Source of the DNA: a virus
Taxonomy: Duplodnaviria > Caudoviricetes
Strand: one strand, 5' to 3'
IMG/VR virus record: IMGVR_UViG_3300016472_000107
Span: 1-32,988 of that record
DNA length: 32,988 bases
In this document: positions 8,679-18,167 of the stretch, piece by piece
Layout of the letters: every line of letters starts with the position of its first letter
Position numbering within the stretch: the stretch's first letter is position 1
The notes under the pieces: generated by a model
The model's input: only the letters and a program-made list of their open reading frames with translations
What the model was told of the DNA's origin: nothing
Databases searched by the model: none
Position numbers and translations under genes: made by a program

Positions 8679-10057
8679 GCATATTTGACCGCATATTCAA
8701 ACGCAAGGGATTGAACCCGCAGATGGCATCGTATCAGATGCCCATTGCGATCAATCAGGCACAGGTACTGCAAGGCTTCGATGCGCAGAAATATACCGAG
8801 GCATACGAAGCCAATGCCGACGTTTATGCCATCGTGTCTTTCCTTGCACGTAAGGCAGCATCCATTCCGTGGTACGTCTACACAAAGAAGCCCGGCGCCA
8901 AGGCTAAGATGGCCTTGGAGCGGTACAAGAGACTCACCAAGGGCCTGACCAATGCCGGGGCATTAGAACGGGCCATCATCGAACGTAAGGCCGCCTATGA
9001 TGAAAATATGGTTGTCGATGACAGCGCCACGGCGCTGCTGCTGAAGAAGCCCAACGCATACCAAGGCCAAGACCAATTCTTTGAACAGCTATTCGGCATG
9101 CGGTTCTTGACCGGCGAAGGCATCATCTGGGGCAACGATGGCAACATCGACCAAGGCGAGTTTAGCGAGTTGTTTGTGATGCCAACGCAGTATATGGACA
9201 TCATCGCAGACCCTGCAGACCTGTTCGGGCTGTTGGGGTGGGTGCTGCAGGCCGGCAATGGCAACATGGCATTGTCCAAAGAGGACGTCATGCAGTGGCG
9301 GTCGTGGAACCCGAACTTCGACAGCAGCACCCGCATCCACTTGCGCGGTGTGTCACCGATTAAAGCCGCATGGTATAACTACACCATGGGTGCGGAAGCG
9401 CAGAAGGCAAGTGCGAAACTTATGGCAAACGGCGGCGCAAAGGGCGCACTGGTTCCGAAGCCCGTGGGCAATCAGATACCCTTGGTCGACGAAAAGACAG
9501 CGGCACAGATGCAGATGGCCTTGGCCGATCGGGTGAACAACAACAACCGCTACGGGCAGGTGGCGATGCTGCAGACGCCGTGGGAGTTTCTCAACTTCGG
9601 CCTGACATCAGGCGAGATGGCATTAATCGACACCATGAAGTTCAGCCTTGAGCAGTGGTGCCGGGTGTTCGGCATGCCTGTCGTGTTGTTCAGTGCCGAG
9701 AACATGGCGGATAACAACTATCAAAACGCACTCCGTGACCTTGTCACCAACACCATCGTGCCGATGTGTGCGCAGTTGCGGGATGAAATGAACAAATGGC
9801 TGCTTCCCCGGATGGGAGACCAAAACATGTTCATCGACTTTGACATCCAAGCCCTGCCGGAACTTCAACGCGACATTGAAAAGATGGTGAACGGCCTAAG
9901 GTCTGCTGACTGGCTCACGATGGATGAAAAGCGCATCGCGATGAACTACGAACCGAAGGGCGGGGCATACGCTACGTCCTATATCGCGCAGGGATTGATA
10001 CCCATTGAGCAGGCCGCGATGGATGTTGAAGGTGGTGAAACCCTTGGCCTGCCGTGA
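8675..10057 (+). CDS. Portal protein (HK97-like)
   Basis: KPNAYQ, RGVSPI, CRVFGMP, LTMDEKR motifs; position after terminase. Confidence 0.92.
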   Translation: MSIFDRIFKRKGLNPQMASYQMPIAINQAQVLQGFDAQKYTEAYEANADVYAIVSFLARKAASIPWYVYTKKPGAKAKMALERYKRLTKGLTNAGALERAIIERKAAYDENMVVDDSATALLLKKPNAYQGQDQFFEQLFGMRFLTGEGIIWGNDGNIDQGEFSELFVMPTQYMDIIADPADLFGLLGWVLQAGNGNMALSKEDVMQWRSWNPNFDSSTRIHLRGVSPIKAAWYNYTMGAEAQKASAKLMANGGAKGALVPKPVGNQIPLVDEKTAAQMQMALADRVNNNNRYGQVAMLQTPWEFLNFGLTSGEMALIDTMKFSLEQWCRVFGMPVVLFSAENMADNNYQNALRDLVTNTIVPMCAQLRDEMNKWLLPRMGDQNMFIDFDIQALPELQRDIEKMVNGLRSADWLTMDEKRIAMNYEPKGGAYATSYIAQGLIPIEQAAMDVEGGETLGLP

Positions 10058-10266
10058 TGGCATACGAACCAACGGACGCGGAGCGATGGGAGATTCACGG
10101 CAAGGTCATGGCGAAGTACCCAAAACTGCCGACAGAGCGCACCTGCATGACGGAGTTCCGCATGCGGCAGGCCGCACGGGCTGCATACCGACAAAAGTTG
10201 ATTGATGAATTATGCAGAGCGCAGACGGGCATGGAAGGCATGGCATCGAAGGCTGCAGACCTTTGA
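10054..10266 (+). CDS. Hypothetical protein
   Basis: 70-aa ORF coupled to portal stop. Confidence 0.5.
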   Translation: MMAYEPTDAERWEIHGKVMAKYPKLPTERTCMTEFRMRQAARAAYRQKLIDELCRAQTGMEGMASKAADL

Positions 10267-11008
10267 GCGCAGGTACCTTCCGCGCATACAAAAGGCACTG
10301 AGCAATGAGGCCCAACGGTTCATCCGCGAGGCCGAGCAGGTGGGCTTTCAGACTGCGTATAAATCGCTGCGCATCGTCAACGAAGAGTTGCTGCAGGCTG
10401 TCAACTCGATGCACAAAGCGGTGGCCCGGGATTTTGGCGCGGAGGCAAACCGGGAGTTAAAAAGGGGGCAAAAGGTTAGTTTTTTCAACGCCAATTTTAT
10501 CCTGTCAATCACCGAGATACTGACCCGCCAGGCCCTTGACCTGCTGACGCTAGTCGAGCAGACAACCAAACAGCGCATCTTGGACATCTTAGTCCGTCAG
10601 ACCGCGCAGCAGTGGTCATTCGCTGAGACGGCAAGACAAATCACCCGAGAAGTGGCAAGCCCGGCCCGTGCGCTGACCATCACGCGGACGGAGTCGAACA
10701 GAGCCGCCAACCTTGCCAAACTGGAAGCCGCAAGGCTGCAGCCTTTCGTGGTGACAAAGCAATGGATTAGCGTCATCGACAATCGCACGCGGCGGTTTCG
10801 TGAAAAGGATGAATTTGATCATGCAGTCCTTGACGGCCGCATCGCCGAACTTGACGAACCCTTCACGCAGATAGGTAGCAAGGGCGTCCAGGCTGTCGCA
10901 CAGTGTCCATTAGACCCGGCAGCACCTGCGGCATTTACTATAAATTGCAGGTGTGTTTTCGGGTTGGAAAACAAACGAGACGCACAGGGTAGACTTATAC
11001 CAAAGTAA
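10205..11008 (+). CDS. Head morphogenesis / minor capsid protein (SPP1 gp7 / Mu F-like)
   Basis: RALTITRTE, KQW.S..D.RTR, H..LDG, INCRC motifs. Confidence 0.88.
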   Translation: MNYAERRRAWKAWHRRLQTFERRYLPRIQKALSNEAQRFIREAEQVGFQTAYKSLRIVNEELLQAVNSMHKAVARDFGAEANRELKRGQKVSFFNANFILSITEILTRQALDLLTLVEQTTKQRILDILVRQTAQQWSFAETARQITREVASPARALTITRTESNRAANLAKLEAARLQPFVVTKQWISVIDNRTRRFREKDEFDHAVLDGRIAELDEPFTQIGSKGVQAVAQCPLDPAAPAAFTINCRCVFGLENKRDAQGRLIPK

Positions 11009-11014
11009 CAAACG

Positions 11015-12211
11015 ATGCCCGTAGAAAGATGTGACAACGGAAAATGGCGGATAGGCGACGGCGAGTGCATATACAACACCGAAGCCGCAGCCAATAGGGC
11101 GTATCGCGCATATTTAGCCATCGAAGCGTCCGAAGATGATGACGACGATGATGATGATGACCGCGATGATATGAAAGCTGACCCCATCATCAAGCAGCAA
11201 TCATACACCGACTACCCCGAAGCGGCGAGCAACAACGCACGCCGTGCACTCAAATGGAAGGAAGAAAATGGCTCATCATGTGGTACGCCAGTTGGATGGA
11301 CGAGAGCGCGACAGCTTGCTGACCGCGAACCGCTGACGCGTGATACCATCGCCCGGATGGCGTCGTTCAAACGCCATCAGCAGAACAAGGATGTGCCGTA
11401 CACCGAAGGATGCGGCGGCATCATGTGGGACGCATGGGGAGGTGATGCAGGCATTAACTGGGCTATCCGTAAATTGCAGACGATTGACTCAAAAGATAAT
11501 GAAAGAATGATATACGCATACAAGAGATTAACGCACGATGTCAAGGACGTCGACAAAAAGGCCGGCATCGTGACCGGTTATTTCGCGGCCTTCGACATCA
11601 AGGACAGTGATGGTGATATCATCAGGCCCGGTGCTTTCAAAAAGTCGCTGAACGATTGGTTCCCTATCGGTCGCATCAAACATCTGCTGAACCACGACCC
11701 AAGGCAGCCCCTTGGCAAGCTGACCACGCTGAAGGAAGATGGGTACGGCCTCTACTACGAATCCAAAATCGGCAGCCATAACTTGGGCCGCGACTTTATC
11801 AAGATGGTCGAATCCGATTTGGTCAAAGAACATTCCATCGGGTTCAACGTAAAGGGCCAAAAGAAAGGCAAGGAAGCAAATGAACTACTTGACGTAGTTT
11901 TGTACGAAGGCAGCAGCCTGACGTCGTGGGGCGCCAACCAATACACCCCGATGCTGGGCCTGAAGGGCATCACAATGGAATCGCGCATCGACAGGTTATA
12001 CAAGTTGCAAAAGTTCGTCAAGAATAGTGACGCGACCGATGAAACCATTGACCTGCTGATGTTGGAGATAAAGCAACTGAACCAACTGATCGAAGATTTG
12101 AAAAGTGAGCAGGAGACCGCCGCGCCGGAACCCGCTGAACCGAAAGTCGACACGATCAAGATGGCAAAGGATGCACTGGACATACTCATTTACAAAAACT
12201 TTAATCACTAA
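11015..12211 (+). CDS. HK97-type prohead protease with ~164-aa N-terminal extension
   Basis: GYFAAFD..DSDGDII..GAF, LLNHD, EHSIGF, LYEGS..WGAN; extension includes a poly-Asp tract. Confidence 0.88.
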   Translation: MPVERCDNGKWRIGDGECIYNTEAAANRAYRAYLAIEASEDDDDDDDDDRDDMKADPIIKQQSYTDYPEAASNNARRALKWKEENGSSCGTPVGWTRARQLADREPLTRDTIARMASFKRHQQNKDVPYTEGCGGIMWDAWGGDAGINWAIRKLQTIDSKDNERMIYAYKRLTHDVKDVDKKAGIVTGYFAAFDIKDSDGDIIRPGAFKKSLNDWFPIGRIKHLLNHDPRQPLGKLTTLKEDGYGLYYESKIGSHNLGRDFIKMVESDLVKEHSIGFNVKGQKKGKEANELLDVVLYEGSSLTSWGANQYTPMLGLKGITMESRIDRLYKLQKFVKNSDATDETIDLLMLEIKQLNQLIEDLKSEQETAAPEPAEPKVDTIKMAKDALDILIYKNFNH

Positions 12212-12213
12212 TC

Positions 12214-13359
12214 ATGGAAGTTAAAGACATGGTAGCAGCCCTTGACCCCAAGTTCGGGGAGATCAAGGCACAGGTGGCCGCCGAAGTGGCCGCCATCGAC
12301 AAGAAGCATGAAGCCGCTGTTGCGCAGCTGAATGAAGACGCACAGAAGAAGGGCGAGACCCTCGGCGAACTGAAAGAGAAGGTCAACAGCCTGATTGCCA
12401 CCAATGGCAAGCTCAAGGCATCCATCGAGGCCGAAGCCTTCGTCGACCGTCAACGCACGATGAAGGGCGCACTGGTTGACATGGTTACCGATAACTTCGA
12501 CGCCATTTCCAACATGAAGCCCTTCACCGCCCAAAAGGCGGTAGGCACCATGACCCTTGGCAACAACCTGACCGGCACGTCGCAGATTTCGTACGTGGAG
12601 AACCCCATCCTGCGGACGTTCTTCAACCCCCATCTGTACGACGTCTTCCGCATCATCCCGACCGCTACCGGCAACGTCACCTTCCCTCGCGGCAATGCCG
12701 CCATCGGCGAAGGTTCGTTCGGTACGCAGACCGAAGGCAATGCGAAAGCGCAGGTCGACTACGACGTCACGATGGTGAACACCGCGCTGAACTTCATCGC
12801 CGGTTATGCCCGCGTGTCGCGTCAGATGCTGCAGGACCTGCCCTTCCTTCAGGCCTACCTGTCCACCTCGCTGCTTGAGGATTGGAACCGGACGGTGAAC
12901 AACAGCTTCATGGCTACCATCACCGCATCGGCCACCGCCGGCAGCACCTCGGCCACTCCGGTCGCTGAGCGCGTCGTCGACTACATCGCCCAACACCTGG
13001 CCCTCGGTCTTGGTCAGCCCAACCTGATCCTGACCACCCACGCTGTATGGGCGTCCATCCTGAAGACCCTTCCCACCAATGGCAGCTACGGCGTACCGGG
13101 TGGTGTGGTGATCGGGCCGCAGGGCGAAACCCGCATCGTCGGCATCCCGCTCGTTCCGCACTCGCAGATTCCGACCGGCAAGATCTACGTCATGAACACG
13201 GCTGCATTCGCCATCGCACAGGCTTCCGGCCTTGCGGTCCGCAGCACCGAGTTCAACGAGGACGACTTCATCAAGAACCTTGTCACCTACCGGTGCGAGG
13301 CCCGTCTTGGTCTGCTGTCGTTCCAGCCCACTGCCGCCATTTACGGTTCGGCATCCTAA
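12214..13359 (+). CDS. Major capsid protein (HK97 fold)
   Basis: N-terminal coiled-coil delta domain, EG.AK, IA...VSRQMLQD, F.KNLVT.RCE.R; strong codon bias. Confidence 0.93.
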   Translation: MEVKDMVAALDPKFGEIKAQVAAEVAAIDKKHEAAVAQLNEDAQKKGETLGELKEKVNSLIATNGKLKASIEAEAFVDRQRTMKGALVDMVTDNFDAISNMKPFTAQKAVGTMTLGNNLTGTSQISYVENPILRTFFNPHLYDVFRIIPTATGNVTFPRGNAAIGEGSFGTQTEGNAKAQVDYDVTMVNTALNFIAGYARVSRQMLQDLPFLQAYLSTSLLEDWNRTVNNSFMATITASATAGSTSATPVAERVVDYIAQHLALGLGQPNLILTTHAVWASILKTLPTNGSYGVPGGVVIGPQGETRIVGIPLVPHSQIPTGKIYVMNTAAFAIAQASGLAVRSTEFNEDDFIKNLVTYRCEARLGLLSFQPTAAIYGSAS

Positions 13360-13373
13360 TCTATCACTCCACA

Positions 13374-13400
13374 AAGGGGTCGGCATATCGCCGGCCCCTT
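13374..13400 (+). terminator. Hairpin after capsid gene
   Basis: AAGGGGTCGGC-ATATC-GCCGGCCCCTT; U-tail is weak, consistent with read-through. Confidence 0.55.
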
Positions 13401-13414
13401 CACTATGCCATCCC

Positions 13415-14035
13415 ATGATTCACCCTGACGTTTTAGAAGGTTGGCGCAAGGCCGCACTGTCGGATGATTATTCATACCTAATCCACCCGACCGGCCACGA
13501 CGACGAAGCGTACGAGCAAAGCGGCAAGCTATACGCTGACCGCATCATGTCGAAAGTCAAGCAATACGCTGACCAGCTGAAGCCGAAGACGAAGGGCATG
13601 CCCGTGATCATGGACTACGGCTGCGGCAATGGACGCATCCTTCGGCACATACCCCAACCAAGCGTAGGCATAGACATCGTCCCGGAAGCGGCGGCGATGG
13701 TCGGCGGATATGTCCCATCGGAGTACACGGGGAAGGTTGATGTCATCTACTCCGTGAACGTGCTAATCCATAACACCTACGCGGACGGCTGCGCAATCAT
13801 TGCATGGATGCGGGAGCGATTAAAAAAGGGTGGGTTGCTGCTGCTGCAGATGCCCATCTACGACACCGCAAAGGAACCCACCAACTACCTCGACGTAGGC
13901 GTATGGACCTATGATATGTTGGTGAAGGCCACAGATGGTTACAAAATTATCGAGGCGAAGACCAACCCCGGCAGTTTCAGCTTTGAGGCCATCGGCCCCG
14001 ATCATTTCGACTTCCACACACTCACCAAACTATGA
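13415..14035 (+). CDS. Class I SAM-dependent methyltransferase (non-DNA type)
   Basis: IMDYGCGNGR motif I, VGIDI, DVIYS..VLIH, LKKGGLL; ATG 13415 after the hairpin. Confidence 0.85.
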   Translation: MIHPDVLEGWRKAALSDDYSYLIHPTGHDDEAYEQSGKLYADRIMSKVKQYADQLKPKTKGMPVIMDYGCGNGRILRHIPQPSVGIDIVPEAAAMVGGYVPSEYTGKVDVIYSVNVLIHNTYADGCAIIAWMRERLKKGGLLLLQMPIYDTAKEPTNYLDVGVWTYDMLVKATDGYKIIEAKTNPGSFSFEAIGPDHFDFHTLTKL

Positions 14036-14038
14036 TAC

Positions 14039-14587
14039 ATGCCTATTGGCAGTTACTCAGCCTTCGCAGACATCATCTGCGAATTGATACACCACAGGCC
14101 GACCAAAATTCTTGACCTCGGCGTCGGCTTCGGCATCAACGGCGCCGGCATCCGTAATTGGCTCGGAAACGGGGTAAATTCGCCCGAACTGCACATCACA
14201 GGGGTGGAAGGGTGGCCGAACTACAAAAGCCCGTTATGGGGCTGCTATGACGTCCTGCACGTCATGCCCATCCAACAGTTCATCGCAGAGACCGACGAAA
14301 CCTACGACGCCGTCATCATGACCGACGTTATCGAGCATTTCGACAAGGACGAAGGCGTCCGCATCCTGAAGGCCGCACACGCACTACTGAACAAAAATGG
14401 GGTGTTGTACGTCAGCACGCCCGGCATTTGGTCCGAACAGGGCGCTGTACATGGCAATGAACTGGAGCGGCACCGGTCGAAATGGTCGATTGGTGATTTC
14501 CTGCCCTGCCGCATCATCCGCAATGGATACGAAAAGGACCAATACGGCCACCAAATGGTGGTCGTCGCACTACACAACTACAGTTAA
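14039..14587 (+). CDS. Class I SAM-dependent methyltransferase
   Basis: ILDLGVGFG, TGVE, YDAVIMTDVIEH, LYVSTP. Confidence 0.85.
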   Translation: MPIGSYSAFADIICELIHHRPTKILDLGVGFGINGAGIRNWLGNGVNSPELHITGVEGWPNYKSPLWGCYDVLHVMPIQQFIAETDETYDAVIMTDVIEHFDKDEGVRILKAAHALLNKNGVLYVSTPGIWSEQGAVHGNELERHRSKWSIGDFLPCRIIRNGYEKDQYGHQMVVVALHNYS

Positions 14588-15579
14588 TGCGGTTATTAAA
14601 CTCCATCCACCTGTACCCACCGCAGCACGTGTGCGGTGCGGAGTTCATGGCCCATTGGATAAACAAGGACCTGAAGGCCAACGGCGGGGACGTGCGCGTC
14701 CTGCTGCATCAGGCAAACTATTACAAAATCACGTCCATGTACGTCTACGACGGCATCGACGTCTTTCCACCGGATCCATACGTGATAGAAAAACTGTTCA
14801 CGTGGTCCGATGCCGTCACGACGCATTTGGACTACACCGACTGGACCATCGGCATGGGTGCTGTTATGAAACGGCCTGTGTTTCATCTTATACACAACAC
14901 ACACACATACGGCAAAATCGTGCTGAGCGAGAAGCCGCAATATATCGTGTACAACAGCGAATGGGCCAAGTCGGAACTGAACTACAACCATGCCGGCATC
15001 GTAGTGCATCCGCCAGTGGATTGGCGCATCTACGACACCAGTGTCGACCCGGCATTGAACGAAGCCATCACGCTGATAAACCTAGACCAGAACAAAGGCG
15101 GCCACATCCTGCGCGAGATTGCCACCCGTTTGCCCCATCGCAAGTTCATAGGCGTCACCGGCTCCTACAGCGAACCGGGCAACATCGGACAGCACACACA
15201 GCAGCCGCCGAACGTCACGGTGCTTCCAAAAACCAACGACATCAATAGCGTGTACCGACGCACGCGGATACTTATCATGCCGAGTAAATATGAATCATGG
15301 GGCCGCACGGCAACTGAAGCCATGTGCAGCGGCATTCCCGTCATTTCGTCCGGCACGCCCGGCCTTCGGGAGAACTGCGGCAAGGCCGGCATTTACATCG
15401 ACCGCGATGACATCGACGGCTGGTGCGAAGCCATTGAACGGCTGTTTCAACCCAAAGCATACGACAAGGCAAGCCGGGCCGCCAAGCTCCGCAGCCGGGA
15501 GCTAGACCCCGCCGGCGAATTGGCTAACTTGCGTCAGTTCATGGCATGGGCCGTGAAAGACTACAAAAGCAAAACATGA
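14587..15579 (+). CDS. GT-B glycosyltransferase (GT4-like)
   Basis: YPP...GAE N-terminus, NKGG, PSKYESWGRTATEAMCSGIPVI (EX7E motif). Confidence 0.9.
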   Translation: MRLLNSIHLYPPQHVCGAEFMAHWINKDLKANGGDVRVLLHQANYYKITSMYVYDGIDVFPPDPYVIEKLFTWSDAVTTHLDYTDWTIGMGAVMKRPVFHLIHNTHTYGKIVLSEKPQYIVYNSEWAKSELNYNHAGIVVHPPVDWRIYDTSVDPALNEAITLINLDQNKGGHILREIATRLPHRKFIGVTGSYSEPGNIGQHTQQPPNVTVLPKTNDINSVYRRTRILIMPSKYESWGRTATEAMCSGIPVISSGTPGLRENCGKAGIYIDRDDIDGWCEAIERLFQPKAYDKASRAAKLRSRELDPAGELANLRQFMAWAVKDYKSKT

Positions 15580-16088
15580 ACCTTTTACTAGATACAGAAG
15601 TCCTGCAGGATTACACCGGCGAACCCGTCAGCGTGTCCGATGCGAAGGCATACATGAAGGTGAACTTCACGGATGATGACAACCTAATCGAAAGTCTCAT
15701 TGCCAATGCCATTAGATGGCTTGAAAACTACACCGGCCGATCGTTCAAACAGCGGTCCCTGAAATACAGCGTGGAGATGACCGCGCAGGAATGGTACAGA
15801 CTGCCCGAACCCGTCATCAGCGTCGATGCCGTCAACTACGAAGACGAAACCCTTGCACTCAATCATCTGACCATCGCCGGCCCCAACATCAAGGTCAACT
15901 TCGACGGAGTTTTCGACATTTATTTCACAACCGGGTACACCACCCTTCCCGATGACATCCGTAATGACATCCTTGCCATCACTGCATACACCTACCAAAA
16001 CCGCGGCATCGACCTGAGCAATGAAGGGGCAAACCTTGTCGATTTCCCTATGTTGGCGTCGCAGTATTACCGGAGGGTGCCGATATGA
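15576..16088 (+). CDS. Head-tail connector (HK97 gp6-like)
   Basis: EPVSVSDAKAYMKV..DDNLIESLI..A...ENYTGR; YQNRG. Confidence 0.85.
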   Translation: MNLLLDTEVLQDYTGEPVSVSDAKAYMKVNFTDDDNLIESLIANAIRWLENYTGRSFKQRSLKYSVEMTAQEWYRLPEPVISVDAVNYEDETLALNHLTIAGPNIKVNFDGVFDIYFTTGYTTLPDDIRNDILAITAYTYQNRGIDLSNEGANLVDFPMLASQYYRRVPI

Positions 16089-16612
16089 ATCTGAAATTGA
16101 CAGGCGTACAAAAGGTGCTGAACGATCTGGCGAAACTTGACAGCAAGGTCACGGCATTCGTAGATGGCGAACTACAGGCCGGCGCAAATGACATCACCCG
16201 GCAGGCTAAACAGAACGCACCGGCCAACTTCGGCCAACTGCGCAACAGCATAGGCAACGGCAAGGCCGGGCCACTGCGGTACACTGTCTTCGCCACGGCA
16301 TTCCACGCGCCGTTCATTGAGTTCGGCACGGTGAAAAAAGTGAGCGTACCTGCAGAACTGCAGCAGGTAGCGCAACAGGTCAAGGGCAGGCCCAAGCGCG
16401 GCACATGGAGGACGTTCATTGAGGACATCTACTTATGGGGTACTAAAAAGGGTATCATGAAAAAAGGTGATCGCGGCCATGCCCGTGCCATCGCCCGAAA
16501 GATATACATAAACGGCATCGCCCCGCAGCCGTATCTTTGGCCTGCATTTCTGACCGTTAGACCGAAACTGATACAACGATTGCGCGCAGAAATCGACCGA
16601 ATTAAACTGTGA
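16085..16612 (+). CDS. HK97 gp10-like neck/tail-completion protein
   Basis: AKQNAP...GQLRNSI, APFIEFGT, PQPYLWPAF. Confidence 0.85.
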   Translation: MNLKLTGVQKVLNDLAKLDSKVTAFVDGELQAGANDITRQAKQNAPANFGQLRNSIGNGKAGPLRYTVFATAFHAPFIEFGTVKKVSVPAELQQVAQQVKGRPKRGTWRTFIEDIYLWGTKKGIMKKGDRGHARAIARKIYINGIAPQPYLWPAFLTVRPKLIQRLRAEIDRIKL

Positions 16613-17034
16613 AAAACCCCGGCAAGTCCATACGAGAAGCGTACATGACCGCACTGCAGGGCCTGACCTATGACGGAAAGGCCGTGCAAGTGTATGAGTT
16701 TATGCCGATCGAAACACTGCCGGACAATTACGTCTACATCAACGCCATCACATACAACCAAACTGGCAACAACCAACTGTTCATCTACACCGCAGGGGTG
16801 GCCATCGACATCGTCACAAAGCAGTACAAAAAACTTGATTACGATGTCGTAGACGGCATCGCAGAGCAGGTACAAAACGCCATCCTTGCATTCCCTTACA
16901 GTCAAATCCAAGATAGTAACTTTGGGTTCATGAACACGGTGTTGGAGTCGGCCCAATACATCGTGGAACAGGACGGGTCGGCCTTCATCGTCAGGAAAAT
17001 CATTAGGTTTACACAATCTCTAATTCAAAAGTAA
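16609..17034 (+). CDS. Tail terminator-like protein
   Basis: Size, synteny before tail tube, VY...P...YVYI pattern. Confidence 0.65.
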   Translation: MKNPGKSIREAYMTALQGLTYDGKAVQVYEFMPIETLPDNYVYINAITYNQTGNNQLFIYTAGVAIDIVTKQYKKLDYDVVDGIAEQVQNAILAFPYSQIQDSNFGFMNTVLESAQYIVEQDGSAFIVRKIIRFTQSLIQK

Positions 17035-17471
17035 TGGCGAACATAACGGGCAACACGCAAAACATCGAAATCGACTTCGCGCCGACATCGTCGTATAAGA
17101 CGCTGATTTGTCTGCGGACGTCGAGTGTCAACACCACTCTGACGGTCAACGAAGACGAGACCAACTGCGGCAAATTGACGTCTGTCGGTGAACCTGGCTT
17201 CACGTTCGATTTCGACGCCGTTTGCGAGACCACGCAGACCGCGACGCAGGCATCGTATGATGACTGCCTCACGGCCATTGTCAACAAGACCAAAGTAAAG
17301 GTCCGGTTCCAAAACCCGACCGTGACCGGTTCGTCTATCGGCACCTTTTACCATCATGAGTGCGAAGCCTACTTCACGTCCCTGACGCTGAACCAAGACG
17401 CCGCAGGCGGTGCCTACATGTCGTTCAGCGGCACGCTGCAGTCCACGGGTACACTTGACATCACGCCGTAA
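17034..17471 (+). CDS. Major tail tube protein
   Basis: Thr/Ser-rich beta protein, ETNCG, FSGTLQSTG; synteny; high-expression codon usage. Confidence 0.75.
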   Translation: MANITGNTQNIEIDFAPTSSYKTLICLRTSSVNTTLTVNEDETNCGKLTSVGEPGFTFDFDAVCETTQTATQASYDDCLTAIVNKTKVKVRFQNPTVTGSSIGTFYHHECEAYFTSLTLNQDAAGGAYMSFSGTLQSTGTLDITP

Positions 17472-17497
17472 TTAGGGCCTAACACTACACACACAAC

Positions 17498-17857
17498 ATG
17501 AACAACGGCTATATCCAAGCCGACCTGCTAGGTCGTGTACGGGGCTTAAAGTTCGGCATGCTCGCGCTGCAACAGATATCGATGGAGGCGCAACGCCTTG
17601 GGTCTGTGCTAGGCTCTTCCGTCGATCTTGCCATGGTTCCGGTCATCGTGTATTGGGGGCTGTTCAATAACTGCTACATCAAGCGTGAAGACCCCGACTT
17701 CACGTTCGAAGACGTCGTACAATTCGTCGATGACCATGTGAACGAACCGGAGCGGTTCACGCCTATCGTCCAGTGTCTGTATCAGTCGAAATTGATTGCG
17801 GGCGAACCGCAGGCCGAGGACGCGAAGGGTAAAAAAAAAGTTCGACCTGACGCATGA
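17498..17857 (+). CDS. Tail assembly chaperone (gpG-like)
   Basis: Between tube and tape measure; LKFGM N-terminal motif; ends with KKK on an A9 run. Confidence 0.75.
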   Translation: MNNGYIQADLLGRVRGLKFGMLALQQISMEAQRLGSVLGSSVDLAMVPVIVYWGLFNNCYIKREDPDFTFEDVVQFVDDHVNEPERFTPIVQCLYQSKLIAGEPQAEDAKGKKKVRPDA

Positions 17858-18167
17858 GACCGGATGGGATGAGCTACGCCGGCATGTTGCGGGCGAGATA
17901 GGCCGGCAGGACTACGACGCGCTCACGATGCGCGAAACGGTCCTAATCATGCAAGGCTACGCGGACCGGCAGGTGCATGACTACCGGAACACACGCATGA
18001 TAATGTTCATGATGGCCAGACTGCACGCCGACCCAAAGAAAGCGCCCAAAAGCCCGGAGGACCTGTGGGAATTACCGGGCGATGAACCCGGACAACTGAA
18101 TGAAGATTATCTTCGTGGTCTGTTCGACGAATTGAGACGCAAGCAAGAAGCGGAAAAGAATGGCTGA
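17841..18167 (+). CDS. Tail assembly chaperone extension (gpT-like), likely reached by recoding at A9 (17831-17839)
   Basis: Overlapping open frame FDLTHE...YDALTMRE...GY...PEDLWELP; no ATG until 17928. Confidence 0.65.
   Translation, partial: FDLTHETGWDELRRHVAGEIGRQDYDALTMRETVLIMQGYADRQVHDYRNTRMIMFMMARLHADPKKAPKSPEDLWELPGDEPGQLNEDYLRGLFDELRRKQEAEKNG

Noticed and set aside
12208-13416. 402-aa minus-strand ORF
   Set aside because: Antisense shadow of the codon-biased capsid gene; no recognisable motifs
14397-15248. 283-aa alternative-frame ORF, and other long overlapping ORFs such as 29617-30510 and 8007-8606 on the minus strand
   Set aside because: They overlap well-supported genes, have atypical composition and show no motifs
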